The notes under the pieces were generated by a model. That model had not been told where the DNA came from. It did no database searches and worked only from the letters and a program-made list of their open reading frames with translations. A program made the position numbers and the translations under genes. Shown piece by piece: positions 1 to 12,569 of a stretch of DNA of 64,000 bases. The DNA lies in contig CATNEN010000039.1 in assembly GCA_950097015.1 (NCBI GenBank), positions 16,430,001-16,494,000 of the forward strand, read 5' to 3'. Source of the stretch: Macrostomum hystrix. Lineage: Eukaryota; Animalia; Platyhelminthes. The first letter of the stretch is position 1, and each line of letters opens with the position of its first letter.

Positions 1-992
1 CCTGGTGAGGCATTTCGGCAGGCTGGAGTTGAAGAGCATCCGGAGGAGCTTGGCGTGATTGACTTTGTCGAACGCTTTTTGCATATCGAGTGCGATGAGC
101 AGAGTCCTCTCAGCAGATTTAGGTTGGTTAAGGCCATTGCTGATGGAGCTGGTGAGGCTGGTGAGGGCGGTGGCGGTGGAGTGCCCCGCGCGGAAGCCAT
201 GCTGCCAGGTGGGGAGCGGGAGTGCGCTCTGAAAGGTGGACAGCAGGCACTTTTCCAGCAATTTGGCGGCTGGAGAAAGGATCGAGATTGGCCTGTAGGA
301 GGAGCTGCAGGTAGCATCTTTGTTCCTTTGAGAAGAGGCACTACCTTCGCAGATGTCCAGGTGCTAGGAACGATATACTGGTGGTAGGGCTCAGATTGAA
401 TAGGCAGCAGAGGAAGGCAATTCCCCTTGGTCCAAGATGCTTCAGGACGATTGGGGAAAGGCCATCCGGTCCGGTGGCTTTGGACGGCGAAGAGCTTTTG
501 ATGGCCGACGTGACGTCACTTGGACGTGAGCAGGAAGCCATTGGTGGGGGAAAGCATGTCCCTTTTGAGGCGTCTGTCTTCCGGGGTGGCCGGATGAATT
601 TGATCAAAGAACTGCCTGTTGGAGGCCTTGGCAATGCGTTTGGGATCAGTTAAGGGAAGCTCGTCAAAAAGGATGCCAGCGGAGTTTTCTTTGTGGCCTT
701 TACCGCTGAGGTTCTTGATGGTTCGCCACAGTTCAGAGACCTGGTGCTTGATGCTGAACTGCTCAAGCTTTTCCCTCCAGTTCGCCCGGCGAAAGTTGGA
801 GCAGATCTGGTTGATTTCGTCTTGAATGATGGTGATAGCTTCCGTGCGGGTTATCCGTGCGAATGAGGTCTCTTTGCTTGCAGAGGGTGTCGGCTTCCGG
901 CGGGAAGTGGGGACGAAAATTTCCCAGCTAGGATGTGGTGCTTAGCTGCTTGAAGGACAGCTTGCCTGAAGGCTTTCTCTCCAGGATGAGGA
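1..992 (-). mobile_element. Non-LTR retrotransposon (LINE, I/Jockey-group-like) reverse transcriptase fragment, frameshifted, runs off window start
   Basis: Minus-strand translation gives RT-region motifs KATGPDGLSPIVLKHL, RPISILSPAAKLLEK, QHGFRAGHSTATAL and LIALDMQKAFDKVNH across more than one frame. Homology to the duplicated block starts at ~993. Confidence 0.85.
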
Positions 993-3540
993 TGCGATTT
1001 GGGATCTAAGGTCTGTCGAATGAGATATAGGATCTCGGATGTAGGATCAGCGGCATCCCATATTGGATGTATTTTCTGGGATATGGGATCTGTGGCATAG
1101 GATGCGGGATCTGAGGTGCGGAGGAATCTGAGAAAGAACGATTTGATGTGACTGAAGAAAAGTCACTAGCTTTCGTTAACCTGGCTCTGTCTAAAAGTCT
1201 GTCAAATATGGGCCCATGGGAAGCATACATTCGATGCTTGTAAAGTGCAATAATTCTTTGTTAGAGAGAAACTCCAGTAAGCTAGAAAGATTTCTAATAG
1301 TACAACACAAAAGTTCATCTCAGAAAAGTAATGCATAAAAAACGCAAAGTAGAGCTGAAATTTGCCATAGACAAAAGGCGGGCACCCCTGTGTCAGCCAG
1401 CACTGCCATAGACCGAGCCGGCTCGGACCTGTACTTTCTGCAGCATATTGAAGGGGCAGCGGCCCGAAACGAAGAATCAAATCCAACAACTGACAACACT
1501 CGACTAAGCATTCTGGCCGATTCTACTCAGCCGTTGCAAACCTGATCAGCAATTCAACTGCCACCTGCCAGCTAATCGACCAAATCTAACTGGGCTATTC
1601 GGAATCGAAGCTGGCAATCATGACGACTGTGAAGCTGGTTATTGTTGGCGTGTTTCTTGCACTTGGAGGCATCCAGCTGGCTGATTGTATTAAATGTATC
1701 TGGTCGAGAAATAGAGGAGTAACATTTTACGAATATAAGAATGACGATACTGATATATATTGTACTCCTGCCAGCGTCACCAAGTGTTACGTGGAATATC
1801 AACCTAAAGGTCCAACTCATTTATTTTTTCATCCCGAAGTGGTGAGCAACCGAATGAATTAAACTAATTTAATTTGCATATCAATTCGAAATCATAAAGC
1901 AACAGTTCGCCCTATAAATTTTACCCTATGCGGAAACTTTTTAGGAACTGAAATATGGTTGCGGCGCCTGTCCTGCTGCAAACTATTGCAAAGACTGCAC
2001 GGGTCATAAATGCAATAAAGCGAGTGCATTAAACTTGATCAATGATCTAGAACGTGATCTGGTACCATGCCTTCACTACGTTAAATCGCTGCCGAATGAC
2101 AATGATCCTGATCAAAGCGAAAAAGTGCAAGGTCCAACTGAAAATTTTTGCCCTCCATCAGAAAAGTGCTTTAAAATTGTTGCTAAGAGGTCTGTACCAC
2201 GAATGCATTTTAAAACCATCATCGGCTGTGAAAAACGGCTTCAATACATACACGAAAAAATATTGAGAAAGGACAATTTAATGTTTGAACGATACGAATG
2301 TAGACCAAACGCGGAAAAATCAGATTGTATCCCAGTTATTAGTGAAATTAGTCTCAACTAAGCTAATTCTGCGAGTATTCTGCAAAATATCTCTTATTAC
2401 GCTTACCGTTTTTTTCTATGTCAGCTTATTTCACTTGTCTCGCTAGAAAATTAATGAGGTCTTAAAAAGCTCGCTGCTTATTTAATGTTTAACTTAACAG
2501 ACTCCTTCAGCTTTGCTACTCTCTAATATTTCTAACACTAACAGATTATTCAAAAGTAAATGCACAAAGCCAGACACAATAGCTAATCGACGATTTTTTA
2601 CGCAAACCATCCCGTTGTTGCGGCGCAACTAATGTTTTCTGCATGCGTTTTAACTTTAATTGAGCTACTTTTTAGTTGCACAGAGTATAACAATAAAATA
2701 GAATGAAAAATCATTTTTGGTTTTAGTAAATTTCACTAGCAAGTTTTGCCCCTATTCAGGGAGCAGAAAAGTTTTTAATTCGTCTAGTATATACTTTTTA
2801 GCAGCTGTATTTTCAGTTTTTTAAGCTATAATGATCCCCTAGTTGAAAATGATCCCCCAGTTGACAATGATCCCCCAGTTAACAATGATCCCCCAGTTGA
2901 CCATGAACCCCCAGTTGACAATGATCCCCTAGTTGACAATATTCACCCAGTTGATGATGATCTAACCCAGTTGATGATGACTCCCCATTGATGATGATCC
3001 CCAGTTGATGATGATCACCCAGTTGACAATTATCTCCCAGTTGACAATGATCACCCAGTTGATGATGACCCCCATTTATGATGATCCCCCAGTTGACAAT
3101 GTTCTCCAGCTGCTTTTGTATAAAATTGAGAAGAACAATTTAATTAAATGAATATTAGGCAAAATTATTATCATACAAACATATATCATTATGACGTTAT
3201 AAGATAACAAAATCAAAATGTAGACAATTCAGATCAATGACAAAAGAAAAATAGATTTAAATTCTGGTTGGCTATGATTGAAACTCTGGTTTAGCCATGA
3301 TTCAAACGCTGGTTTAGCCATGATTCAAACTTGGGTTTAGGCATGATTCAAACTCTGGTTTAGGCATGATTCAAACTCTGGTTGGCCATGCTTCAAACTC
3401 TGGTTTAGCCATGATTCAAACGCTGGTTTAGCCATGATTCAAACGCTGGTTGGCTATGATTCAAACTCTGGTTGGCTATGATTGGTTGGCTATGATTCAA
3501 ACTCTGGTTGGCTATGATTCAAACTCTGGTTAGCTATGAT
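993..3540. repeat. Copy A of an inverted segmental duplication (partner ~30110-35201)
   Basis: 993-1300 matches rc of ~34895-35201, 1300-2334 matches rc of 31805-32827, and 2323-3540 matches rc of ~30110-30988. The upstream region and intron are near-identical. Confidence 0.92.
1620..2361 (+). CDS. Ly6/uPAR (three-finger)-like Cys-rich secreted protein, copy A; exons 1620-1841 and 1945-2361, ~212 aa, no GPI signal
   Basis: Signal peptide MTTVKLVIVGVFLALGGIQLADC, then IKC...C...CYV...YGCGACP...CKDCTGHKCN with the terminal CN typical of LU domains, plus a second degenerate Cys domain. The phase-0 GT-AG intron 1842-1944 is conserved in the paralog. Confidence 0.75.
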
Positions 3541-3541
3541 G
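2736..3541 (-). mobile_element. Non-autonomous Helitron (5'-truncated) carrying 18-bp and 23-bp minisatellites
   Basis: On the minus strand, GC hairpin (gctccctgaataggggc) then CTAG^T at 2736. Arrays: 18-bp at ~2831-3110 and 23-bp at ~3262-3541. Homologous to 30050-30584 and 56133-60172. Confidence 0.75.
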
Positions 3542-3544
3542 ATA

Positions 3545-4385
3545 GGTAGCCGCTTTGGACTGCCCGAAACGGAACTTAATTCCCGTCTGACTGAAATCGT
3601 CGGGGTGAATACCTTAGGCGCGGTACGCATAATGAGCCAGGCGGCTGCCAAGGGCTGGGCGCGGCTTGCCCAGAGCCGGTCCGCGAGCTGCGCGACCACC
3701 CGCGGGTCTTTAAAATCGGCGGAGACCAGTGCCATAGGGATGTCGGCTGACAGTTTCTTGTGGAACAGCTCCTCGAAGAGCATGCATGGCCGATGATCGC
3801 CGAGCAGGGCCAGCATCTCGTCCATGAGTTCGGACGGGCGGCGGTCACCAAGGCCGGCCAGGTTGAGCAGCCGGCTGGCCCGCTGCTGCTGTGTCAGGCC
3901 GAAAGTGCCAAGAAGCCGGTCCTTGAGCATGCCGTACTTGCTTTCCGTGGGCGGATTCTCCAGCACGTCCAGCAGACGCTCGCCCGATGGATGATCGACA
4001 CTTCGAGGTGGCAGTGCCTGGTGTCGTCCTGTGAAATGCCACAGAGAGTGAATTGTGCCTCCGCCTGGATAAACCAGGCGCGGGGCTGGCTGACCCAAAA
4101 CGTGGGCAGCTTGAGTGCTACTACAGACTCAGTAATCTCAAACTATCGGTTTGAGAGTCGGGCTCACCAATGTGCCGATCGCAGCCACGTAATGTTTATT
4201 TTTATTTGACGGAGAACAGGTTACCCGGTGGGACATTACTATACGCCCCCTCTGTATGCCCCACCTAGCGCCCCGAGCCGCGCGCCAGTCGCCCGGGCGT
4301 ATAGCATGTCCGCGCGCCCTTTTGGTCGCACCGCCGGCGGGGGGCGCAGGGTAAATAAAATTCGGCGTAATTTCCTCAGTCTACT
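3545..4385 (-). mobile_element. Gypsy LTR-retrotransposon remnant (CsRn1-clade-like): 5' LTR ~4171-4385, PBS, gag fragment
   Basis: LTR ends ...gatcggcaCA and contains AATAAA. It is followed by tTGGTGAGCCCGAC (tRNA-Trp-like PBS). Gag motifs: LKLPTFWVSQPRAWFIQAEAQF, YGMLKDRLL, LGDRRPSELMDEM. Frameshifted. Confidence 0.8.
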
Positions 4386-4440
4386 GTTAGTAGGCTGTGC
4401 TGTACTTTTTGTGCTATAACTGAACGCCGTAAAAAGCCTA

Positions 4441-4651
4441 GCAGCAGCTCCGCTCCTGCCCAGCAGCTCAGCTCCTGCCCAGCAGCTCCGCTCCTGCCCA
4501 GCAGCTCCGCTCCTGCCCAGCAGCTCCGCTCCTGCCCAGCAGCTCAGCTCCTGCCCAGCAGCTCCGCTCCTGCCCAGCAGCTCCGCTCCTGCCCAGCAGC
4601 TCCGCTCCTGCCCAGCAGCTCCGCTCCTGCCCAGCAGCTCAGCTCCTGCCC
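4441..4651. repeat. 19-bp minisatellite (cagcagctccgctcctgcc) x ~11
   Basis: Directly visible tandem array, period 19. Confidence 0.95.
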
Positions 4652-5054
4652 ATGTACTTTTTATACGTATGTTTCATTCTGTGATAGGCATGCTGTATGT
4701 ATTAAGCGGCAGTCACTTTTTAAATAAAAAGTATTGAACATGCTCATGTTAATTTTCGATTCGTCACCGCTAAATAAATGGTTTACGAATACGTCCATTC
4801 TAGTCTCATTAAATCCTTTTGACGCAGCTAAAGGTACAAATTTATTATCAAGTTCAAAGCGAATATGCATATGAAACATGTTATAAAGCACATTCAGAAA
4901 GTGAAAAGCCATGATTGAAAAGAAGAGTAACGGAAGTACAGACATTATTTATATTGCAATGTTTTAGAGTGTCATCATGCAAAGACAGTACGGTATAAGT
5001 TTTTATTTTATGTAACTACAATTAGCACGAAAATTATTCCACATTTTGTCCCCG

Positions 5055-5512
5055 TCATGCCAGCTCTGCCAATCGTCCCTGTCAAGCCACCTGCGCGCCA
5101 GTCAGTCGTCCCTGCCATGCCACCTGCGCCAGTCGTCCCTGCCATGCCACCTGCGCCAGTCGTCCCTGCCATGCCACCTGCGCCAGTCGTCCCTGCCATG
5201 CCACCTGCGCCAGTCGTCCCTGCCATGCCACCTGCGCCAGTCGTCCCTGCCATGCCACCTGCGCCAGTCGTCCCTGCCATGCCACCTGCGCCAGTCGTCC
5301 CTGCCATGCCACCTGCGCCAGTCGTCCCTGCCATGCCACCTGCGCCAGTCGTCCCTGCCATGCCACCTGCGCCAGTCGTCCCTGCCATGCCACCTGCGCC
5401 AGTCGTCCCTGCCATGCCACCTGCGCCAGTCGTCCCTGACATGCCACCTGCACCAGTCGTCCCTGCCATGCCACCTGCGCCAGTCGTCCCTGCCATGCCA
5501 CCTGCGCCAGTC
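5055..5512. repeat. 27-bp minisatellite (gtcgtccctgccatgccacctgcgcca) x ~16
   Basis: Directly visible array. It produces the repetitive ORFs VVPAMPPAP / GMAGTTGAG. Confidence 0.95.
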
Positions 5513-5689
5513 TGCATTAGCTTGAGGACAAAAGCGTAGGCTGGGAGGCTCCAGAGAGTCATCCAGGTATACCTAAAGTAGTCAATTTTAGAAAATATCT
5601 TTTAGAGACAAAATTAAAACGGATTGTTGGCCAGACTGACTAGACTGACATGGATATTTCTACGGGGTTTTTGTAGGGGTTGAAGCCTG

Positions 5690-5850
5690 CAGGTCTGGGT
5701 TGATTCCAGACTTTACTGGTTCAATTTGTGTCCTTTAGCAAGACACTTGACAGCTCTATATTGCTTCATTTTACCCAGCTGTAAAATGGTGACCAACTTT
5801 GGCTGGGGTTAATAAAGTTAGGCGCGGCGTGCTGCTGCTACCCAGATACT
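5690..5850 (+). mobile_element. tRNA-derived SINE fragment with CORE-like central domain
   Basis: B-box-like gggttgattcc followed by tgtgtcctttagcaagacactt...ccagctgtaaaatgg. A related copy lies at ~50860-51070 on the minus strand. Confidence 0.55.
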
Positions 5851-5898
5851 TTTGTCTGTCTATAAATATACATCTCTACATGTGGCATATATCGTAAA

Positions 5899-6111
5899 TC
5901 AAAAATGTGCTTTCCATCTCAGCTGGAGGACTTCAGCTGCGTAGACTCTGCCTGCATATTTGGCCGTGCAGCGCCACCTCTCTTCACTGTCTCTTGACAG
6001 TGACAACTCAGGTACTGTTAGATTTTTCAACTCACATGGACGTTCAACTAATTCGCTCGCCTTCACTTCGACAACCTGCCTGTCCTCTTCAAATAAAACT
6101 AGGAACTTCAT
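5899..6111 (-). pseudogene. Probable first exon of a transposon accessory gene, divergent from the decayed EnSpm transposase
   Basis: ORF MKFLVLFEEDRQVVEVKASELV... with a good ATG, head-to-head with the transposase remnant. No intact donor site was seen. Confidence 0.3.
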
Positions 6112-6492
6112 GACTGCAGAAAGTACTTCAAAATTTTGAAATTTTTAGAACGACAGGAGGTTAGGGGAGCGTGAAGATACGCTAAAGCTTTAGTGATATG
6201 TCAGATCAAACTGCACGGCCTAGACAGTCGGAAGACATCGCGCGCCCATTGGTTAGTTTTGAAAAATCCTCTAACCCACTAACCGATAGCTATCAATTGT
6301 GCCATTTATGCCGACTATGGAAAATGGAGTCAGTTTGTTTTGGGGAAATCTTTGTATTGTAGCTATTGAAAGTGCGTTGAAAGTGAAAGACTAAGACTAC
6401 GACTAATACTAAGACTGAGACTGAGACTAAGACTGAGACTAGGACTAAGACTAAGATTAAAGACAGTACAGAAAGTAATAAACATTTACAGC

Positions 6493-7660
6493 ATGTCCTC
6501 TAGGAATGTTAGAAGACTGACAAGCAGGAGTTTGATGGCCGTGTTTAGAGAAGAAGAGAGGCCCAGAAGTGTCCAGATTGGAGGGCAGTCGGCTAGTCAA
6601 GGCGATGGAGACTGAAGAAGATTTTAGTAGGGTAGAATTTGACGACTTCTACCTTCTACTATTACTATAACAGGAAAGTTTTGTCTTCCTGTTACCTTCT
6701 GCCACAGCAACAGAGAGATAAACGCTCCACGGGCCAGAGGCCCGTTTCTGTGTGGACTCCGGAGTCACATGAAAAGCGGCAGCGAAGCTCTGCCTCTCGC
6801 TTCCAGTGTATTTAAATTCAAGCAGCGCGCACAACAGAGGCAGAATGGGGAGAGAGGGAGAAACGCTGGGAGATTGCTAACACAGGGGCAGCTGTTTCTT
6901 TGTCCCACACGCACACGCTCCCCAGCGAACGCTTGCCGAACTTCTTCCTCACATTCCTGGGCCGTATCGATCCACGGACGCCTCGTCGTGTACGCGAATC
7001 ATGTGAGCCATGCAAATACAATGTTCTGAAGCGTATTTGCAAGGCTTACAATTACTGCTATTCCACGGAAAGGCATGCTAATCTATCGGATTCAGCGAAA
7101 AGCTGCATCGAGGTATTCGTCGAACAGATGTCAACAATGAACAGATTTGGCCAACAATGAATTAGCTACAACATTCATGCACTTCTTCATCTCGACCAGT
7201 TTGTTAGAAGGCTAGGTAACTTACATAATTTCAGTACATTTCCATTCGAAAGCTATCTGGGAGCCATCAAGAGAAGGGTCAAAGTGGACCAGGCATGTCG
7301 CTGCTCATTCAGTTTGTCAAGCACTACAAGTACGAAATATGTACCCCAGCCAGCCAGCAGAAACAACTATAGAATTCAGCACGAAGAAGGGTGACAATTG
7401 CTGCTTCGTTGGGACGACATGCATTCATATTGATGAAGTTAAACCGGATGGCACAGTAAGTGGCAGAGTGCTCCAGGAATTCGACAGTCCCTACAACTAT
7501 CCTTTCGACTCCCTGGCACTTGGGATTGGAGTTTACCGCTTAACATCCGAAATCGCAACTGGCCGTCCGGAGCAAAAATGTTGGCTGCTTCCGAAAGCTC
7601 TTACAGTGGCCCAAAATGACGACTTTTTTGCGTGATTCCGCTAACGGGACAGGAAAGTTA
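6493..7660 (+). pseudogene. Decayed EnSpm/CACTA (CMC) transposase
   Basis: The C-terminal signature SYNIHALLHLDQFVRRLGNLHNFSTFPFESYLGAIKRRVK at ~7164-7285 follows an in-frame stop. The central catalytic region appears deleted. Confidence 0.75.
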
Positions 7661-8302
7661 GGCTTCGCTTATCCCCTTCTGTGAGTGCAACATTTTCATA
7701 AACTTTCTTATCCACTCTATAAACTACTCAAAACTTGGATTTGGGGTTTTCGCTTCCCATATTCGCTTGCAACGCAGACGAGCGGACCAGGGACCACAGA
7801 CGGAGATAAGCTGAAGCGCACTGTGTCTGGTGTGCAATAAGAAATAGGTTTTCTTGTTTACCCTTGAAATGCATACAGCATAACTTTGACTTGACTTGCA
7901 TCTGCGGTGTGGCAAGGTGGCAACTTAAAATCCACTATTCTATGGAAATTCGAAGCAGCTAGACAAGTGTCCAGGTAGCTGTTATTTGCCAACTCAACTA
8001 GCCAGGATCTATGCCATTTGTCATGGCTAAGGTGTTATTGTACATACACAATTTATACTGTTCATAGAACAGTGCATGTATATACAATTTCTTTCAGCAT
8101 CTTCGCATCTTAAAATCGAACAGAAAACACCAAAATTTACTGCCAGGAACTATGTCATTTGTCAGGCCTAAGCTATAATTATTATCTAATATATATAAGA
8201 CATACAATTTATCCTGTTTATACAATTGTGTTTATCTACATAAAATTTCCTTCAGCATCATTGCATCTGAAAATAAATGAAAAAAACACAAAAATGCTAT
8301 TT

Positions 8303-9332
8303 ACATACCCGCACATCTTGCACATGCCCGCACATCTTGCACATGCCCGCACATCTTGCACATGCCCGCACATCTTGCACATGCCCGCACATCTTGCACA
8401 TGCCCGCACATCTTGCACATACCCGCACATCTTGCACATGCCCGCACATCTTGCACATACCCGCACATCTTGCACATGCCCGCACATCTTGCACATGCCC
8501 GCACATCTTGCACATGCCCGCACATCTTGCACATGCCCGCACATCTTGCACATGCCCGCACATCTTGCACATGCCCGCACATCTTGCACATACCCGCACA
8601 TCTTGCACATGCCCGCACATCTTGCACATGCCCGCACATCTTGCACATGCCCGCACATCTTGCACATGCCCGCACATCTTGCACATGCCCGCACATCTTG
8701 CACATACCCGCACATCTTGCACATGCCCGCACATCTTGCACATGCCCGCACATCTTGCACATGCCCGCACATCTTGCACATGCCCGCACATCTTGCACAT
8801 ACCCGCACATCTTGCACATACCCGCACATCTTGCACATGCCCGCACATCTTGCACATACCCGCACATCTTGCACATGCCCGCACATCTTGCACATGCCCG
8901 CACATCTTGCACATGCCCGCACATCTTGCACATGCCCGCACATCTTGCACATGCCCGCACATCTTGCACATACCCGCACATCTTGCACATGCCCGCACAT
9001 CTTGCACATACCCGCACATCTTGCACATACCCGCACATCTTGCACATGCCCGCACATCTTGCACATACCCGCACATCTTGCACATGCCCGCACATCTTGC
9101 ACATGCCCGCACATCTTGCACATGCCCGCACATCTTGCACATACCCGCACATCTTGCACATGCCCGCACATCTTGCACATACCCGCACATCTTGCACATG
9201 CCCGCACATCTTGCACATGCCCGCACATGTTGCACATGCCCGCACATCTTGCACATGCCCGCACATCTTGCACATGCCCGCACATCTTGCACATGCCCGC
9301 ACATCTTGCAGATGCCCGCACATCTTGCACAT
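8303..9332. repeat. 19-bp minisatellite (Rcccgcacatcttgcacat) x ~54
   Basis: Directly visible array with G/A variant units. It has no stop codons, so all six frames are open. Confidence 0.97.
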
Positions 9333-9654
9333 CACTTCAAAGTTGCTTACTGTAGGCGCACAAATGTCACACAGATTTCATCATGTTGCACTGCTACGTA
9401 CGTATGTTGTATACAGACTGAACACATGCGCGATAGAGGCTTCATTTCAATTTAAAACTTGTTCTTTTACGAATACAAACCATTAAATTAATGTCTATAA
9501 CTGTATACAGACTTAAACAGTGACTAAGCATGCCAAACTTAACAAACCCAATGTGAAACTAAATAATCAAATGCTTTCACTGTCAATTACTTTCTTCGAT
9601 CTCTTTCTGACTTGCTCATGCCAGTTTAAAGAAATGACTTCCCTGTACACCTGC

Positions 9655-11440
9655 TCACTGCTCACTACCTCACTTCCTGTCACCCTACTGCATCTCACTA
9701 CCACACTTCCTCTCACTCTACTGCAGCTCACTACCACACTTCCTGTCACCCCTACTGCATCTCACTACCACACTTCCTCTCACTCTACTGCAGCTCACTA
9801 CCACACTTCCTCTCACTCTACTGCATCTCACTACCACACTTCCTCTCACTCTACTGCAGCTCACTACCACACTTCCTCTCACTCTACTGCAGCTCACTAC
9901 CACACTTCCTCTCACTCTACTGCAGCTCACTACCACACTTCCTCTCACTCTACTGCATCTCACTACCACACTTCCTCTCACTCTACTGCATCTCACTACC
10001 ACACTTCCTCTCACTCTACTGCAGCTCACTACCACACTTCCTGTCACCCCTACTGCATCTCACTACCACACTTCCTCTCACTCTACTGCAGCTCACTACC
10101 ACACTTCCTCTCACTCTACTGCAGCTCACTACCACACTTCCTCTCACTCTACTGCAGCTCACTACCACACTTCCTCTCACTCTACTGCATCTCACTACCA
10201 CACTTCCTCTCACTCTACTGCAGCTCACTACCACACTTCCTCTCACTCTACTGCAGCTCACTACCACACTTCCTCTCACTCTACTGCATCTCACTACCAC
10301 ACTTCCTCTCACTCTACTGCATCTCACTACCACACTTCCTCTCACTCTACTGCATCTCACTACCACACTTCCTCTCACTCTACTGCAGCTCACTACCACA
10401 CTTCCTGTCACCCCTACTGCATCTCACTACCACACTTCCTCTCACTCTACTGCAGCTCACTACCACACTTCCTCTCACTCTACTGCATCTCACTACCACA
10501 CTTCCTCTCACTCTACTGCAGCTCACTACCACACTTCCTCTCACTCTACTGCAGCTCACTACCACACTTCCTCTCACTCTACTGCAGCTCACTACCACAC
10601 TTCCTCTCACTCTACTGCAGCTCACTACCACACTTCCTCTCACTCTACTGCAGCTCACTACCACACTTCCTCTCACTCTACTGCATCTCACTACCACACT
10701 TCCTCTCACTCTACTGCATCTCACTACCACACTTCCTCTCACTCTACTGCATCTCACTACCACACTTCCTCTCACTCTACTGCAGCTCACTACCACACTT
10801 CCTCTCACTCTACTGCAGCTCACTACCACACTTCCTCTCACTCTACTGCAGCTCACTACCACACTTCCTCTCACTCTACTGCAGCTCACTACCACACTTC
10901 CTCTCACTCTACTGCATCTCACTACCACACTTCCTCTCACTCTACTGCATCTCACTACCACACTTCCTCTCACTCTACTGCATCTCACTACCACACTTCC
11001 TCTCACTCTACTGCATCTCACTACCACACTTCCTCTCACTCTACTGCATCTCACTACCACACTTCCTCTCACTCTACTGCATCTCACTACCACACTTCCT
11101 CTCACTCTACTGCAGCTCACTACCACACTTCCTCTCACTCTACTGCATCTCACTACCACACTTCCTCTCACTCTACTGCATCTCACTACCACACTTCCTC
11201 TCACTCTACTGCAGCTCACTACCACACTTCCTCTCACTCTACTGCATCTCACTACCACACTTCCTCTCACTCTACTGCAGCTCACTACCACACTTCCTCT
11301 CACTCTACTGCAGCTCACTACCACACTTCCTGTCACCCCTACTGCATCTCACTACCACACTTCCTCTCACCCTACTGATCTCCCTCTCACCCTACTGCTC
11401 TCCCTCAAACCCTACTGCTCTCCCTCTCACCCTACTAATC
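9655..11440. repeat. 33-bp minisatellite (cactaccacacttcctctcactctactgcaKct) x ~50
   Basis: Directly visible array with G/T variants and occasional 34-bp units (ctgtcacccct). Confidence 0.97.
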
Positions 11441-11978
11441 TCCCTCCCAGTTGATTGAAGCCCATAGTTACCGAAACTTCATATAAGTATTTTTGCATAG
11501 CGACTGATTCGCTATAGTTAACGGGCGGTGCCAAACGCAGGATTTGAGACGTGCGAAAGTGAGCCGCCACAGTCCGTTCTTTATCCTTTCCATTGTCCTT
11601 CCATTGCCTTGGCATTTTCCATGACAAATTCTACCACTAAGCTTCTAAGGTGCGATTGGGGATCAGACACGTGCAAAACACGTGTGCAAAACATCGAATA
11701 CGAATGTCAAGCTGCTGGCTGCAGAGCTGTTCAGTCCATGGACTGAGTTGCGCCATGCTGACCCCAATTCACCCCAGCAACTCCTGGTACAGCTGGGTGT
11801 TTTTTACTAATTATTAAACATTAAGCAGCCATTTTTTAAACATTGGCTAGCTATTACACTAAGTTGTCATGCAGACTCGTGTAGTTGCAGTCTACATGTA
11901 CAGGTGTCATTCTTTACATGTAACTTCACATGCACATTTCCATGCAGGCCTCTTGGATAGGAGGAGTTGAGCAATATA

Positions 11979-12495
11979 CTCGTATATATTCCTTCTTTCG
12001 GAAGGAATGAGCTATAGAATATGACTGGAACACTATCATATCGGTTCTACTAATAGTAGCATATGGCGAATTAATCTTCCTCCAAATATTTTCGCAAACG
12101 AAAAAAATTAAGAAAATTTAGTAGAGAATTTCGAAAAAAATGCTAATTATTGTGCCATACTTCAGAGCAATTAGACATGTTAAAGGTGAAATAATTTTTC
12201 TGCAACCACAAGTCACGAGTACTACACGAAAAGAAAAAAAGTACTTCCGAGACAGTCGGAAGACATCGCGCGCCCATTGGTTAGTTTTGAAAAATCCTCT
12301 AACCCACTAACCGATAGCTATCAATTGTGCCATTTATGCCGACTATGGAAAATGGAGTCAGTTTGTTTTGGGGAAATCTTTGTATTGTAGCTATTGAAAG
12401 TGCGTTGAAAGTGAAAGACTAAGTTTTCCAGGCATTCTCGAAAAAATCAATTACACTCACGCACGCACGAATACAGCGCAAAATTAGTTTATAGA
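11979..12495 (-). mobile_element. Non-autonomous Helitron containing a 174-bp copy of local DNA
   Basis: Minus-strand 5' end A^TCtataaactaatttt...(gtgc)n...tgtaattgatttt, a motif shared with the 56133 Helitron. 3' hairpin attccttc/gaaggaat (11988-12008) then CGAG^T. 12250-12423 is identical to 6222-6395. Confidence 0.65.
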
Positions 12496-12569
12496 TGAGT
12501 ATGACTATGAGTATGCTTACTTGTATAAAACATCAATAAAATTTATTAATTAATGAGAACTACCAACTA

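Noticed and set aside
5008-5562. Gly-rich or Pro-rich repeat proteins (GMAGTTGAG / VVPAMPPAP)
   Set aside because: Several frames are open only because of the 27-bp array, and no supportable gene model was found. An exon of the decayed accessory gene cannot be excluded.
8159-9486. Six long Cys/His-rich ORFs covering all frames
   Set aside because: They result from a stop-free 19-bp tandem repeat. A period not divisible by 3 makes every frame give the same peptide.
9520-11454. 644-aa ORF and its antisense ORFs
   Set aside because: Translation of the 33-bp array. The peptide switches frame at 34-bp units, so there is no sign of coding constraint.
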